Source: an uncultured Planctomycetales bacterium (lineage in GTDB: Bacteria > Omnitrophota > Gorgyraeia > Gygaellales > Profunditerraquicolaceae). Taken from it: DNA of 64,000 bases. The stretch lies in the NCBI GenBank assembly GCA_964456925.1, contig CAYWCX010000001.1:10800-74799 (forward strand), in the 5' to 3' direction. Positions 19,030 through 29,246 of this stretch are shown here, in pieces (the stretch's first letter is position 1; each line of letters opens with the position of its first letter). Both the position numbers and the translations under genes were made by a program. Below the pieces are notes generated by a model that made no database searches, was not told the DNA's origin, and saw only the letters and a list, made by a program, of their open reading frames with translations.

Positions 19030-20385
19030 TTAGAGAATCTCTTCCATCTTCATTGCGCGGGAACCTTTTATCAGCACGATATCGCGGCTTTGCGGGACGA
19101 CCCTTTCAAAAAGAACCTTAGCCGCTTCTTTAGTGTCTGCGCAAAGAAAGATATCCTTTGTCCGGCCGCTGCTCTGACGGGCTGCCTCTGCTGCCAGCCG
19201 GGAAAGGCGACCGACCGTAATGAAGACATCGCAAACAGCTGCGGCATCCCTGCCGGCCTGACGGTGGAAATCCTTACGGGATTTGCCGAGTTCAAGCATA
19301 TCGCCCATAATAAAAATCTTTCTTCCGGCGGCGGGAAAATCCGCCAGGGTGCGCAAGGCCTCTTTCAAGGAAAAGGGATTGGAATTATAACTGTCGTCAA
19401 AAAAACGCGCGGCGCCGCGCCTAACCAGCTTAAGCCTTCCCGGCGGGAAATCAAAACGCGCCAGCCTCGCGGCGATATCGCGATAGGTCATACCCAAAAT
19501 GCGCGCTACCGCAACGGTAATCAGACCATTATAGATGTTATGGCGTCCGAAAGTCGCTAAAAATAATTTTTCTTGGCGGTTCACCCTGAACTCCAAGCCC
19601 CCTGTGGCATACTTAATATTCGAGGCCTTGAAGTCACTATTAGCCCTACAAGCAAACCCTACCGTAAACGGACTTTTGCCCTTTGCAATGACTGAAGACC
19701 TCAGGAAATCGTCGTCTCTGTTAAGGATTGCCAGATACGGAGCAGAAAGCCTCTTGATAAGACTGTATTTCTCCCTGAATACGCCGCTTAAACTCTTGAA
19801 ATGTTCCAGATGTGAAAGCCCGATATTGGTAATAATCCCGATGTTGGGGCGATAGATATCGGCGAGATATTGGACTTCGCCGAAATGATTAGAGCCGATT
19901 TCCAGCACCGCGGCTTCGTGGCTGCGGTTTAAACCTAAAAGCGCCATCGGCAAGCCGATCTGGTTATTCCTGGTGCCTTCGTTCTTGAGCACGCGGTATT
20001 TGGCGGATAAAACCCAGGCGATCATATCCTTGGCAGTGGTCTTGCCGTTGCTGCCGGTAACCGCGATAAAAGGAAGGTCGAATCTCCTGCGGTGGTAAGC
20101 GGCAATATCGCCGAGCGCCTTTCGGGTATCGTTTACCTTGATTAAAACTGTTTTTTGGGATTTCGCCAGGCGGGGGAATCTGCGGGCGACAACACAACCT
20201 GCTCCCCTGCGGATTGCCGGAAGGATAAAATCGTGGCCGTCAAAATTGTCGCCTTTCAGGGCGATAAAAATCTCATTCTTTTTGACGCTACGGCTGTCAA
20301 GGGAGACGCCCTTAAGCGAAACGCCGCTATCCGCGCTAATTAATTTACCGCGGGTAGCCGCTAATATTTCCTTTACCTTAAACAT
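19030..20385 (-). CDS. murF: UDP-MurNAc-tripeptide--D-alanyl-D-alanine ligase
   Basis: TGSNGKTTAKD motif and the cluster position. Confidence 0.9.
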   Translation of the reverse strand: MFKVKEILAATRGKLISADSGVSLKGVSLDSRSVKKNEIFIALKGDNFDGHDFILPAIRRGAGCVVARRFPRLAKSQKTVLIKVNDTRKALGDIAAYHRRRFDLPFIAVTGSNGKTTAKDMIAWVLSAKYRVLKNEGTRNNQIGLPMALLGLNRSHEAAVLEIGSNHFGEVQYLADIYRPNIGIITNIGLSHLEHFKSLSGVFREKYSLIKRLSAPYLAILNRDDDFLRSSVIAKGKSPFTVGFACRANSDFKASNIKYATGGLEFRVNRQEKLFLATFGRHNIYNGLITVAVARILGMTYRDIAARLARFDFPPGRLKLVRRGAARFFDDSYNSNPFSLKEALRTLADFPAAGRKIFIMGDMLELGKSRKDFHRQAGRDAAAVCDVFITVGRLSRLAAEAARQSSGRTKDIFLCADTKEAAKVLFERVVPQSRDIVLIKGSRAMKMEEIL

Positions 20386-21827
20386 TCCCTCGTAACCTCG
20401 CGGTCGTCAAAATAGACGACGGAATTCTTAAATATCTGGTAGCTTTCATGGCCTTTGCCGGCGATGAGAACCGCATCTTTGGCTCGAGCCAAGGAAAGTG
20501 CTTTGGCAATAGCGCTCCTGCGGTCTAAAACCACCTCGTAATTATCCTTGCTTATCCCTCTCTTAATATCTTCGACTATCGCCCCGGGGTCTTCAGAGCG
20601 CGGATTATCGCTGGTAATAACGGCGTAATCTGCCAGCGCGGTAACCGTCTCCCCCATTTTAGGCCTTTTGGTCTTATCCCTTTCCCCGCCGCAGCCAAAA
20701 ACCACGATAATCCTTGCCGGGGTAATCTGACGCAAAGAGGTAATGACATTGCGCAGGGCGTCCTCGGTGTGGGCATAGTCCACAAAAATATTCAAATCTT
20801 TATTATTCTCGATTTTTTCAAGCCTTCCCGGCACCAGGCTGAATTTTGCCAACGCTTTTTCCATACCAGAGAGGTCTAAGCCTGCTGCTATACCCCAACT
20901 CAGCGCAGCCAGGGCATTATACACATTATGCCTGCCGATAAGAGGGATGCTGATATTAAGTTTGCGGCCTGCTGCATTCAGGGTAAATTCGCTGTGCGAA
21001 AGATAGAGTTTTATATCGGTAGCGGTAATGTCTGCGGCGTTATCTATGGCGTAGGTAACTACCCTGGCAGCGGTCAATCCCTTTAATCTCGCGGCGTAGC
21101 GGTCGTCATTATTTATCACTGCGAAGGCGTGAGGCTTAAGCTCCTGGAAGAGCCGGGATTTGGCCTGAAAATAATTCTCGAGATTCTGGTGATAATCCAA
21201 GTGGTCCTGGGTTAAATTCGTGAAAATAGCGGAATGAAAATCAACCCCTTCCACCCTCTCCTGGTCCAGGGCATGCGAAGAAACTTCGATTAACGCAAAA
21301 CTAATCCCTTCTTTTTGCATCATCGCCAGGATAGACTGTAATTCCAGGGGGCCGGGAGTGGTATTCCTGGATTCAATCACCTTTCCCCTGAAGCGGTAGT
21401 TGACGGTGCCGATGATGCCGGCGCTAAAACCGCACCCCTCCAAAAGCGACTCCAGTAAATAGGAGACGGTGGTCTTGCCGTTGGTGCCGGTAATGCCGAC
21501 GGTCTTAACCTGCCGGGAGGGATGGCCGTAGAATTCATTCGCCAGCCTTGCCAATGCCAGGCGGTCATCCGCCACGGTGATAAAGACAATGCCTGGCGCA
21601 GGTTTAATCTTCTCAGCGATATCGCGGCTGACGATTACCCTGGCGCCACGACGAATGGCCTCCTCGATAAAAATCCGGCCGTCCTGACGTACGCCCTTGA
21701 CCGCCACAAAAATGAAACCCTCCTGCACGGTCTTGGAATCGGAGCTGATGCCGCAGACGTCGAAATCTTCAACCCTGCCCTCGATGCGGCAATCTCCCAG
21801 TACCTTAATTAAATGCTTCAGCTTCAT
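20373..21827 (-). CDS. murE: UDP-MurNAc-L-Ala-D-Glu--meso-DAP ligase
   Basis: TGTNGKTT motif, plus the DNPR motif that indicates meso-diaminopimelate specificity. Confidence 0.9.
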   Translation of the reverse strand: MKLKHLIKVLGDCRIEGRVEDFDVCGISSDSKTVQEGFIFVAVKGVRQDGRIFIEEAIRRGARVIVSRDIAEKIKPAPGIVFITVADDRLALARLANEFYGHPSRQVKTVGITGTNGKTTVSYLLESLLEGCGFSAGIIGTVNYRFRGKVIESRNTTPGPLELQSILAMMQKEGISFALIEVSSHALDQERVEGVDFHSAIFTNLTQDHLDYHQNLENYFQAKSRLFQELKPHAFAVINNDDRYAARLKGLTAARVVTYAIDNAADITATDIKLYLSHSEFTLNAAGRKLNISIPLIGRHNVYNALAALSWGIAAGLDLSGMEKALAKFSLVPGRLEKIENNKDLNIFVDYAHTEDALRNVITSLRQITPARIIVVFGCGGERDKTKRPKMGETVTALADYAVITSDNPRSEDPGAIVEDIKRGISKDNYEVVLDRRSAIAKALSLARAKDAVLIAGKGHESYQIFKNSVVYFDDREVTRECLR

Positions 21828-23529
21828 TGAATACCGCCACCTCGGAGAGCGGCTCTTTGACTTTAAGATATCTTAAGACGTCGCCGGCGACGTTCTTGAA
21901 CACCGGCGCCGCTACCACCCCGCCGTAATAATAGGGCCGGGGTTCGTCCAGCACCACCGCAATCGCCAGAACCGGGTCCTCGGCAGGGGCAAACCCGATG
22001 AAAGAAGCGACAAATTTATTATGCGAATAGGTCCCGTTGGGCTCCACCTTCTGGGCGGTGCCGGTCTTGCCTGCCGCGCTGAAATCCTTCAGTCTGGCAA
22101 GCCTGCCGGTACCGTTCTCTACTGCCCCGATGAGTATCTTTTTCATCCTGGCAGAGTTCTCCAGAGAGATAACTTTGTTAATCATCCGGGGGGAGAACTT
22201 CTTCAGGACATTCCCCCCTTTATCGCGGATTTCCTTAACGATATAAGGCTGCATAAGCTGGCCGCCGTTGGCAATCACCGCGATGGCATTTACTAATTGT
22301 AAAGCAGTCACCCCTACTTCCTGGCCCATAGGTATGGCGGCGATGGAAATCTTGGACCAGAGGCGCGGCTCCCTTATTGTCCCCTTAATCTCTCCCGGCA
22401 GGTCTACTCCGCTCTTCTGGCCGAAACCGAATAAGCGCACATAATGATAGAGGAGATTCGCTCCCAGGCGCTGGGTAATCTTAGCCACGCCGATATTGCT
22501 GGATTGCTCGATAACTTCGCGGAAGGTGAGCAGGCCGTGGGGCCGGTGGTCGTGCAGGATATGCGTGGCGACCTTATAAGAACCGTTCTCGCAAAAAAAC
22601 TCATCCTCTTCGCTTGCCTTTTTCTCCTCCAGCGCTGCCGAAGCCGCTACAATCTTGAATACCGAACCCGGCTCAAAAAGGTCAGAGATACAACGGTTGC
22701 GCATCGCATCTTTCGCAGCTTCGGCGGAATAATTAAGGTCAAAGGTGGGGCGGTTGGCCATCGCCAGTATCGCTCCGGTATGCGGGTCAATCACCACGAT
22801 GCTGGCGCCTTTAGCGCGGCAGGAGCGAAAGGCCCGGTCTAATTCCCTTTCCGCAATATACTGGATTACTTCATCAATGGTAAGTACGAGGTCATAGCCG
22901 TCGCGGGGCAGGAGCATTTTGTCGGGGATGTCTAATTTTTTTTGCCGCGCGTCACGCAACACCAGCGCCCAGCCGCCTTTTCCCTTAAGATACCGGTCGT
23001 AGTAAAGCTCTAACCCGTCCAGCCCCTTATTGTCCAGGCCGGCGAACCCCAGGATGTGGCTGGCAAGATAACTATTGGGGTAGGAACGCTTGCTCTCTTT
23101 GATAAAATCAATGCCTTTAATGTTTAATTTTTTGACTGCCTCGCTCTGCTGCACAGTTACCTTCCTTGCCAGCCAGATAAAGGCCTTCTTACGGTAAAGA
23201 CGTTCCTTTAGATAATTATAATCCAGGTTTAAGGCCGGCGCAAGTTGCCGGATAACCGCCTCTTTATCCTTATCCCTGATTTCATTGGGACAGGCGTATA
23301 ACGAATCCGCGGCAATATTCAACGCTTGCGGCTTGAGGTTTGAGTCATAGATGGTTCCGCGGCGGGGCTCCAGTTCTATCAGGAGGCTGTGCTGCTTATG
23401 AGCTATCTCGGCAAGGTAAGCGGAACGGAAGAACTGGATATAAAGAAGGCGGGCGAGGGCTAAAACAAAAAAGAACAGGAAAAATAAAAAAACCGCTTCG
23501 GATTTGCGGCGATAATTACCGATATACAC
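21805..23529 (-). CDS. ftsI: penicillin-binding protein (class B transpeptidase, FtsI/PBP2B-like)
   Basis: SxxK (SVFK), SSN and KTGTA transpeptidase motifs, with an N-terminal TM segment. Confidence 0.9.
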   Translation of the reverse strand: MYIGNYRRKSEAVFLFFLFFFVLALARLLYIQFFRSAYLAEIAHKQHSLLIELEPRRGTIYDSNLKPQALNIAADSLYACPNEIRDKDKEAVIRQLAPALNLDYNYLKERLYRKKAFIWLARKVTVQQSEAVKKLNIKGIDFIKESKRSYPNSYLASHILGFAGLDNKGLDGLELYYDRYLKGKGGWALVLRDARQKKLDIPDKMLLPRDGYDLVLTIDEVIQYIAERELDRAFRSCRAKGASIVVIDPHTGAILAMANRPTFDLNYSAEAAKDAMRNRCISDLFEPGSVFKIVAASAALEEKKASEEDEFFCENGSYKVATHILHDHRPHGLLTFREVIEQSSNIGVAKITQRLGANLLYHYVRLFGFGQKSGVDLPGEIKGTIREPRLWSKISIAAIPMGQEVGVTALQLVNAIAVIANGGQLMQPYIVKEIRDKGGNVLKKFSPRMINKVISLENSARMKKILIGAVENGTGRLARLKDFSAAGKTGTAQKVEPNGTYSHNKFVASFIGFAPAEDPVLAIAVVLDEPRPYYYGGVVAAPVFKNVAGDVLRYLKVKEPLSEVAVFNEAEAFN

Positions 23530-23541
23530 AAGTATAAAATT

Positions 23542-23907
23542 TTAGGGGTTAGTGGTTTTTGCCTGAGCCTCTCGCTTAATGCCAAAGATACGGGACAGCA
23601 GGTCTTCCTCCGAAGGCAAAACGCCGTTTCTGGCTGCCTGCTGGTTATTCTCCACTTTTACCAGGCGGTAACCGTCGGGCATCTGAAAACCCATGCCGGC
23701 AGAGATTTTCTCGCCAAGCCGGCTTAAAGAAGCATTTTTTTCGATGCTGTATTTTAGGATGGCGTTTTTATCCTCTAAATCCTGGAATTCGTTCAATCTC
23801 TTCTGGCCGAGGTAACCGAAACGGAAAATCTCGCTCTGCTGATAGACATAGATGACGCAGAGGAACGTAACAATAACCGTGACGAATAAGAATTTGGAAA
23901 GCCTCAT
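23542..23907 (-). CDS. ftsL: cell division protein FtsL
   Basis: 121 aa with one TM segment plus coiled coil, sitting between rsmH and ftsI. Confidence 0.75.
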   Translation of the reverse strand: MRLSKFLFVTVIVTFLCVIYVYQQSEIFRFGYLGQKRLNEFQDLEDKNAILKYSIEKNASLSRLGEKISAGMGFQMPDGYRLVKVENNQQAARNGVLPSEEDLLSRIFGIKREAQAKTTNP

Positions 23908-23909
23908 AA

Positions 23910-24803
23910 TTATAACCCCTCTCCTACCCTCAGTTTGGCGCTGCGGCTGGGAGGATTATTTTCTATCTCCGTCTCTGACGGTACCAGCGGCTTGGGCGTA
24001 ATTATCCTTAAGATATGCTCGCTCTCGGCCTTGCGAAAAGCGAATTTTATGATGCGGTCTTCCAGCGAATGGAAGGAAATCACACATATCCTGGCATTCT
24101 TGTCCAGAAACGCAATTGCCTTCTCGATTGCGGAACTCAGGGCTTCCAGTTCGCGGTTTACCGCAATGCGCACCGCCTGGAAGGTGCGGGTAGCGGGATG
24201 GATGCGATAGGAGCGGTATCGCGGCGGTATTGCCCGTACCACGATATCGGATAATTCCGCGGTGGTGCTGATAGGATGGCTCTGTCTCTCTTTTACCAAG
24301 AGATGCGCGATGCGGTTATGCCACCTCTCCTGGCCGAAGTTCCAGAGCAGCGCGGAAATTTCCTCTTCGTTAAGGTTATTAACGAGGTCGTAGGCAGAAA
24401 TGTAACTGTCGGTATCCAGGCGCATATCCAGCGGCCCCTGGCTCTGAAAACTGAAACCGCGCTGGGCATCCTCCAATTGGAAAGAGGAAACCCCCAAATC
24501 AAATATGATGCCGTCAACTTTCTTAATATTGAGGCCGGACAATACCGTATCGAGGTTCATAAAGTTGGCGTGTACCAGTTCGTAGCTACCCTTAAAATCC
24601 GCCAGCCTTTCCCTGGCGATAGAAAGCGATTGGCGGTCGCGGTCAATGCCGATCAGCCTGCCGGTAGGGCGGATGCGCTTGATAATCTCCAGGCCGTGCC
24701 CGGCGGTGCCCAGCGTCGCGTCAACAATGGTTTTACCGGGGGCAAGGTTAAGGTACTCCAGGACCTCGTTAAGCATTACCGGAACGTGATATTTCTTAGT
24801 CAT
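23910..24803 (-). CDS. rsmH: 16S rRNA (cytosine1402-N4)-methyltransferase
   Basis: VDATLGTAGHGLEI SAM-binding motif. The likely start is the internal MTKKYHVPVML at 24803. Confidence 0.9.
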   Translation of the reverse strand: MTKKYHVPVMLNEVLEYLNLAPGKTIVDATLGTAGHGLEIIKRIRPTGRLIGIDRDRQSLSIARERLADFKGSYELVHANFMNLDTVLSGLNIKKVDGIIFDLGVSSFQLEDAQRGFSFQSQGPLDMRLDTDSYISAYDLVNNLNEEEISALLWNFGQERWHNRIAHLLVKERQSHPISTTAELSDIVVRAIPPRYRSYRIHPATRTFQAVRIAVNRELEALSSAIEKAIAFLDKNARICVISFHSLEDRIIKFAFRKAESEHILRIITPKPLVPSETEIENNPPSRSAKLRVGEGL

Positions 24804-24832
24804 GATGTCTAGACAGAGGCATTGCACCATCT

Positions 24833-25270
24833 TTATACGTCCATCAGTTTTTCGGCGATTTCCTCGAAAGATTGCCGGCAGTTGCCGTAAAATTTTTCCC
24901 AGTTCTCTTTGGCCCAGATCTCGATGCGGTTGGAAACGCCCACCAGCACTACGTCCCGTTTGATTCCGGCAAAATCCTTAAGGTACTGCGGCAGGAGAAT
25001 CCTCCCCTGTTTGTCAGAGACAACCTCCACCGCGCCGGAAAAATAAAGCCGGTTAAAGGTGCGCGCCTGCTGTTTGGTAAAAGGCATACCCTTGAATTTA
25101 TTCTCCTGGGAGCGCCACTCTTCTTCCGCAAACATAAAAAGGCAGTTATCCAATCCCCGGGTTACAAAGAATTTTTCAATAAAATTTGCCTTGCTGACTT
25201 CCCTGAATTTGGCGGGCAAGATAAGGCGGCCTTTACGGTCTATGTAGTGAACATATTCGCCGTAAAACAT
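24833..25270 (-). CDS. mraZ: division/cell-wall cluster transcriptional regulator MraZ
   Basis: MFYGEYVHYIDRKGRLILPAKFRE, with duplicated MraZ/SpoVT-AbrB domains. Confidence 0.92.
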   Translation of the reverse strand: MFYGEYVHYIDRKGRLILPAKFREVSKANFIEKFFVTRGLDNCLFMFAEEEWRSQENKFKGMPFTKQQARTFNRLYFSGAVEVVSDKQGRILLPQYLKDFAGIKRDVVLVGVSNRIEIWAKENWEKFYGNCRQSFEEIAEKLMDV

Positions 25271-25283
25271 AAATCTTTCCTTT

Positions 25284-25346
25284 CCACTTTACTCCACTTT
25301 AATCCACTTTGTAACCCAGTATAGATAAGATTTAAGATTTTGTCAA
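25284..25346 (-). promoter_or_regulatory. mraZ promoter (TTGACA, 17-nt spacer, TATACT) followed by three direct AAAGTGG MraZ-box repeats at 10-bp spacing
   Basis: Minus-strand reading is TTGACAaaatcttaaatcttatcTATACTgggttacAAAGTGGattAAAGTGGagtAAAGTGGaaaggaaagatttATG. Boxes lie at 25284-25290, 25294-25300 and 25304-25310, between the -10 and the RBS. Confidence 0.7.
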
Positions 25347-25406
25347 GACAAAAATTTTCTTAACTTGATGAAACACAAAGGGTAGTGTATAAAGGGGAGG
25401 GGTTTT

Positions 25407-26342
25407 CTAGATGTTGTGGTGGGTATGGGGGAGGAAAAATTTATCCCTCGCCTGCTGCAGGTCAATTTTCACCTGGCGGGCCAAATCCTCTTCGCTGGCG
25501 AATCTTTTTTCATTCCTGATCTTGCCCAGAAACCGTATCTCTACATCCCTGCCGTAGATATCCTTTTTAAAATTAAAGATGTGCACCTCGATATTCCTGG
25601 GCCTGCGACTTTTGATTCTTTTAGTGACGGTCGGGCGGCTGCCGATATAGCAGACGCCGTTAAATTTCCTTTTTCCGACGATGACGCTTGCGGCGTAGCT
25701 GCCTGCGGGCGGAAAGACTTCGTGGTGGGGATTGATATTGGCGGTAGGAAAGCCGAGCCTTCCGGCAAGGGAATCGCCTCTTACCACCGTTCCCAGCACG
25801 CTTACCTTCCTAGAGAGCAACCTTTCGGCGGCGTGCAGTTTACCCTTAGTGATGAGGCTGCGGATACGGCTGCTGCTGACAGCCCGATGATTGACGCGGA
25901 TAATATCAAATACCTTTAAGCAAAAGCGATAAAGCCGCGCCAGTCTTTTTAATAAGCGGTAATCGCCGCTTGCGCCCCTGCCGAACCTAAAATTTTTCCC
26001 TACATAAATATAGCGTGCCCGGATTTTCTCTGCCAGCACCTTCTTAACGAAATCCGGCGCTGTTATACGGGAAAAGGCCGGATTAAAACGGAGCACGACA
26101 GCGACATCAACCCCGAGGTCAGCGATTAATTTTAAACGGTGGTTTAAGGAATGGAGGCTTTCTTCTTTCTGGGGGTGCGGCCAGAAGGTCAACACCACGC
26201 TCCTGCCTTTTATCGCACGTGCCTTCCTAACCGCTGCCTGAAGGATACGGCGGTGGCCGCAATGCATGCCGTCAAAAACGCCCAGCGCCACCACCGCTTT
26301 AGGATAATTCCTGATATTGCTGATGCCGTAAACAACCTTCAT
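25407..26342 (-). CDS. ribF: bifunctional riboflavin kinase/FMN adenylyltransferase
   Basis: VVALGVFDGMHCGHRRIL nucleotidyltransferase motif, with a C-terminal riboflavin kinase domain. Confidence 0.9.
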   Translation of the reverse strand: MKVVYGISNIRNYPKAVVALGVFDGMHCGHRRILQAAVRKARAIKGRSVVLTFWPHPQKEESLHSLNHRLKLIADLGVDVAVVLRFNPAFSRITAPDFVKKVLAEKIRARYIYVGKNFRFGRGASGDYRLLKRLARLYRFCLKVFDIIRVNHRAVSSSRIRSLITKGKLHAAERLLSRKVSVLGTVVRGDSLAGRLGFPTANINPHHEVFPPAGSYAASVIVGKRKFNGVCYIGSRPTVTKRIKSRRPRNIEVHIFNFKKDIYGRDVEIRFLGKIRNEKRFASEEDLARQVKIDLQQARDKFFLPHTHHNI

Positions 26343-27307
26343 TTTGCCAGCGACTGCCTTACCTTCGCTAAAACCTTTTTTCTTACTCCAGCGATGCTGC
26401 CCTTTAAGGTGCAGCCGCTGGCAGTCTTATGGCCGCCGCCTCCGAAAAACGCGGCAATCTTATTTACGTCGACATTGCCCTGGGAACGGAAGTTTACCCG
26501 CACCTCATTTCTGGTGCCGAGGTTCTCTTTAAAAAGAAGCGCCACCTCAATACCTTTAACGATACGGGCAAAACTTAAAACCTGCTCGTTGATATCCAGC
26601 GAGGCGTTCCTCTTTACTAATTGCCGCGGTATCTCGCACCAGACAATCTTTCCCGAAGAATCGCGCTTCATGGAAGAAACTATCCGGCTTAAGAGTTTCA
26701 TATCCCTGAAGGTTATGTCTTCATAAACACGGCGGTAAATATCCACTATATCCAGGCCGTAAGCCACCATCTCTGCCGCCGCCTTATGGGTAGAGGCAGT
26801 GGTGTTGGAATAACGGAATGAGCCGGTATCGCTGAGTATCCCGACGTATAAAAGGGTGGCGATATCCTTGTTAAAGGGAACCTTAAGGCTCTTGTAAAGC
26901 AGGTATACCATCTCCGAGGTTGAAGAAAGGTGCGGCAATACCCAATTTACATCACCGAAGTACTGGTTACTGATATGGTGGTCAATGTTAAGTACGGTTT
27001 TACCTTCGAGGTTAAGTTCTGCGATTTGCCCCGCGCGCCCTAAATCCGAACAGTCCAGAAGCACCAGGCAGTCAAAGGGAACGAACCGCCCCTTATGGAA
27101 CCTTTTAATATTTTCCAACAGCGGCAGAAAACGGTAACTTGCCGGCACGCGGTCGCTATTCATAAGGATGGCGTTCTTGCCGAGGTATTTAAGCAGCATG
27201 AAAAACGCCACCTCGGCGCCGATGGCATCGCCTTCCAGGCTGGTATGGGCAGTAACCAAGAAGTTATCTTGCTTTTTTAATACTGCGCTTAGTTTTTTTA
27301 GGCTCAT
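26339..27307 (-). CDS. nrnA: DHH/DHHA1 phosphoesterase, NrnA-like
   Basis: DHH motif (LNIDHHISN) and DHHA1 motif GGGGHKTASG. Confidence 0.85.
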   Translation of the reverse strand: MSLKKLSAVLKKQDNFLVTAHTSLEGDAIGAEVAFFMLLKYLGKNAILMNSDRVPASYRFLPLLENIKRFHKGRFVPFDCLVLLDCSDLGRAGQIAELNLEGKTVLNIDHHISNQYFGDVNWVLPHLSSTSEMVYLLYKSLKVPFNKDIATLLYVGILSDTGSFRYSNTTASTHKAAAEMVAYGLDIVDIYRRVYEDITFRDMKLLSRIVSSMKRDSSGKIVWCEIPRQLVKRNASLDINEQVLSFARIVKGIEVALLFKENLGTRNEVRVNFRSQGNVDVNKIAAFFGGGGHKTASGCTLKGSIAGVRKKVLAKVRQSLAK

Positions 27308-27644
27308 CTAATTTCTTTATCTGGCCCAGCATCTCTTCGATCCTGATGCTGTATTCGCTGGAATGGTCCTCTTTAAAAATAATCTCGGGCGTGAACCTAA
27401 GCCTGATGCGCTGACCGATCAGCCTGCGGATAAAACCCAGGGCAGAATCCAGGGCCTCCCCAGTGCGGGAGTACTCCTGCCCCTCGCCCAGGACGCTGTA
27501 AAAAACCCGGGCATAGCGCAGGTCCGGGGTCAGTTCGACCCGGGTAATAGTTACAAACCCCAGGCGCGGGTCGTTTAATTCGTCATGTACGATGTTGCTG
27601 ATTTCTTTCTTGAGGGTCTGGGCTACCTTGTCGATCCTCGACAT
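27264..27644 (-). CDS. rbfA: ribosome-binding factor A
   Basis: MSRIDKVAQTLKKEISNIVHDELNDPRLGFVTITRVELTPDLRYARVFYSVLG. Confidence 0.92.
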   Translation of the reverse strand: MSRIDKVAQTLKKEISNIVHDELNDPRLGFVTITRVELTPDLRYARVFYSVLGEGQEYSRTGEALDSALGFIRRLIGQRIRLRFTPEIIFKEDHSSEYSIRIEEMLGQIKKLDEPKKTKRSIKKAR

Positions 27645-27646
27645 CC

Positions 27647-27928
27647 TTAAATCATCTCCATTTCGTAATTAAGCAGTTCCGCAGAGCGAAAGCCCTCTAC
27701 AAAATTCACTACTGCCGAGAGCGTGCTGTTGACGCCGGCGGAAGTTTTCTCCGCGCCCACTACTGCCAGGGTTGCGCGCTGCCATTTATCCTCCCCGTCT
27801 ATCTGGGTGACGGCGACATTAAAGGAATTGCGCAGTCTGGCGCTAAGGCTTCGCAGCACCATTCTCCTGTCCTTAAGGGAATTGCTTGCAGGTATAAACA
27901 GGAATAATTTTAAAATCCCGATTGTCAC
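27647..27928 (-). CDS. DUF503-family protein (YlxP-like), the usual neighbour of rbfA
   Basis: 93 aa with IGILKLFLFIPASNSLKDRRMVLRSLSARLRNSFNVAVTQIDGEDKWQRATLAVVGA, matching the DUF503 pattern. Confidence 0.7.
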   Translation of the reverse strand: MTIGILKLFLFIPASNSLKDRRMVLRSLSARLRNSFNVAVTQIDGEDKWQRATLAVVGAEKTSAGVNSTLSAVVNFVEGFRSAELLNYEMEMI

Positions 27929-27933
27929 CGCGA

Positions 27934-29202
27934 TTAAAGCCCGGCTAATCTGCGCACCAGGGCAATCTCCTCTTCTCTGCTTTTGACTGAACCGTTAAGC
28001 CGGGCGTCTAAAATCTTGCGGAAAATCTTCTGGTAACGCGGCCCCGGCTTCAGGCCTAAGCTTTTAAGGTCATCTCCCGAAATCCGGATGCGCATCCCGT
28101 TGTAGGTAGTAAAGAACACCTCGATATACCGCAGCAGCTTTTTATTACGGTATTTTACCCGCAGCATTATAATGACCTCATAACTTAAAGGCTCCAGCAA
28201 ATGATAAACCCGGCTGGGCCTGATATTAAGCATGCTTAATTGGCGCGCTACCGGCTTAATGTTTTTAGCAGTAAGGAGCCTCTTGGTTTCTCCCCGCGAA
28301 AGGGCAAATTTCTTAGCAATTTTTTTAACCGCCGGCGCATCCAGGGATTCCAGCATCGCCATAAAATAAATCAGCCAGCTGTCCAGGCGCCTGCGCCGCG
28401 GGTAGGTCCTCTTAAACCAGTAAACCTCTCTCTTAACCGCCCTCAAAAGGAGCTGGCTTTTCCGGGAAAGCCTTAAGCCCGTTGCGATAAACTCTAACCC
28501 GATTAGTTTCTGAATTGCCATCAGCGCCTTAAGCGGTTCGGCTTCTTTCAAAATCAGGATTAATTCATCGCGCACCCGATGCGGATGCACTTTATCCAAC
28601 GCCTTCAGCCGCGAGGCCTCTTTAAGCAAGCGCAGGGTATGGGGTTCGTTCTTAAAGTTGTAGCGTTTCTGAAAACGGATAGCCCGAAGCATCCGGGTAG
28701 GGTCATCGATAAAACTCAAGTCGTGCAGGATGCGGATATTTTTCTTGCGGATATCTCTTCTGCCGCCAAAGGGATCCAGGAGTTTGCCGAAATTATCCTT
28801 ATTGATGCCGATTGCCATGGCATTAATGGTAAAGTCGCGGCGTGCCAAATCATCCATCATGTTGCCCGGCTCCACTACCGGCAAAGACGCCGGCGCAGGA
28901 TAGGATTCCCGGCGCGCGGTGGAGATATCTATTTTTAGATATGGACTAATCACTACCGTGGCAGTGCCGAAGCGGCGGTGCCTTACCAGCCTGGCGCCTA
29001 ATTTTACCGCCAGGACCTCGGCAAATTCAATGCCGTTACCCTCCACTACAATATCCGAATCCAGGTTACTCGCGCCCATGATGAGGTCGCGCACAAAACC
29101 TCCTACGAGATAGGCGGGCATCCGATAAGCATCGGCAATGCCGCCGGCCATACTTATCAAACCCTTGAGTTCCGGCGGTATCTTCCTGAAATATTCTTTC
29201 AT
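27934..29202 (-). CDS. cca: CCA-adding enzyme/poly(A) polymerase-family tRNA nucleotidyltransferase
   Basis: GGFVRDLIMG with DSDIVVEG, and RRDFTINAMA (class II nucleotidyltransferase head). Confidence 0.85.
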   Translation of the reverse strand: MKEYFRKIPPELKGLISMAGGIADAYRMPAYLVGGFVRDLIMGASNLDSDIVVEGNGIEFAEVLAVKLGARLVRHRRFGTATVVISPYLKIDISTARRESYPAPASLPVVEPGNMMDDLARRDFTINAMAIGINKDNFGKLLDPFGGRRDIRKKNIRILHDLSFIDDPTRMLRAIRFQKRYNFKNEPHTLRLLKEASRLKALDKVHPHRVRDELILILKEAEPLKALMAIQKLIGLEFIATGLRLSRKSQLLLRAVKREVYWFKRTYPRRRRLDSWLIYFMAMLESLDAPAVKKIAKKFALSRGETKRLLTAKNIKPVARQLSMLNIRPSRVYHLLEPLSYEVIIMLRVKYRNKKLLRYIEVFFTTYNGMRIRISGDDLKSLGLKPGPRYQKIFRKILDARLNGSVKSREEEIALVRRLAGL

Positions 29203-29246
29203 TTCCCTCTCCCTACATACTAAATACTAACTACTACCTACTGCAA

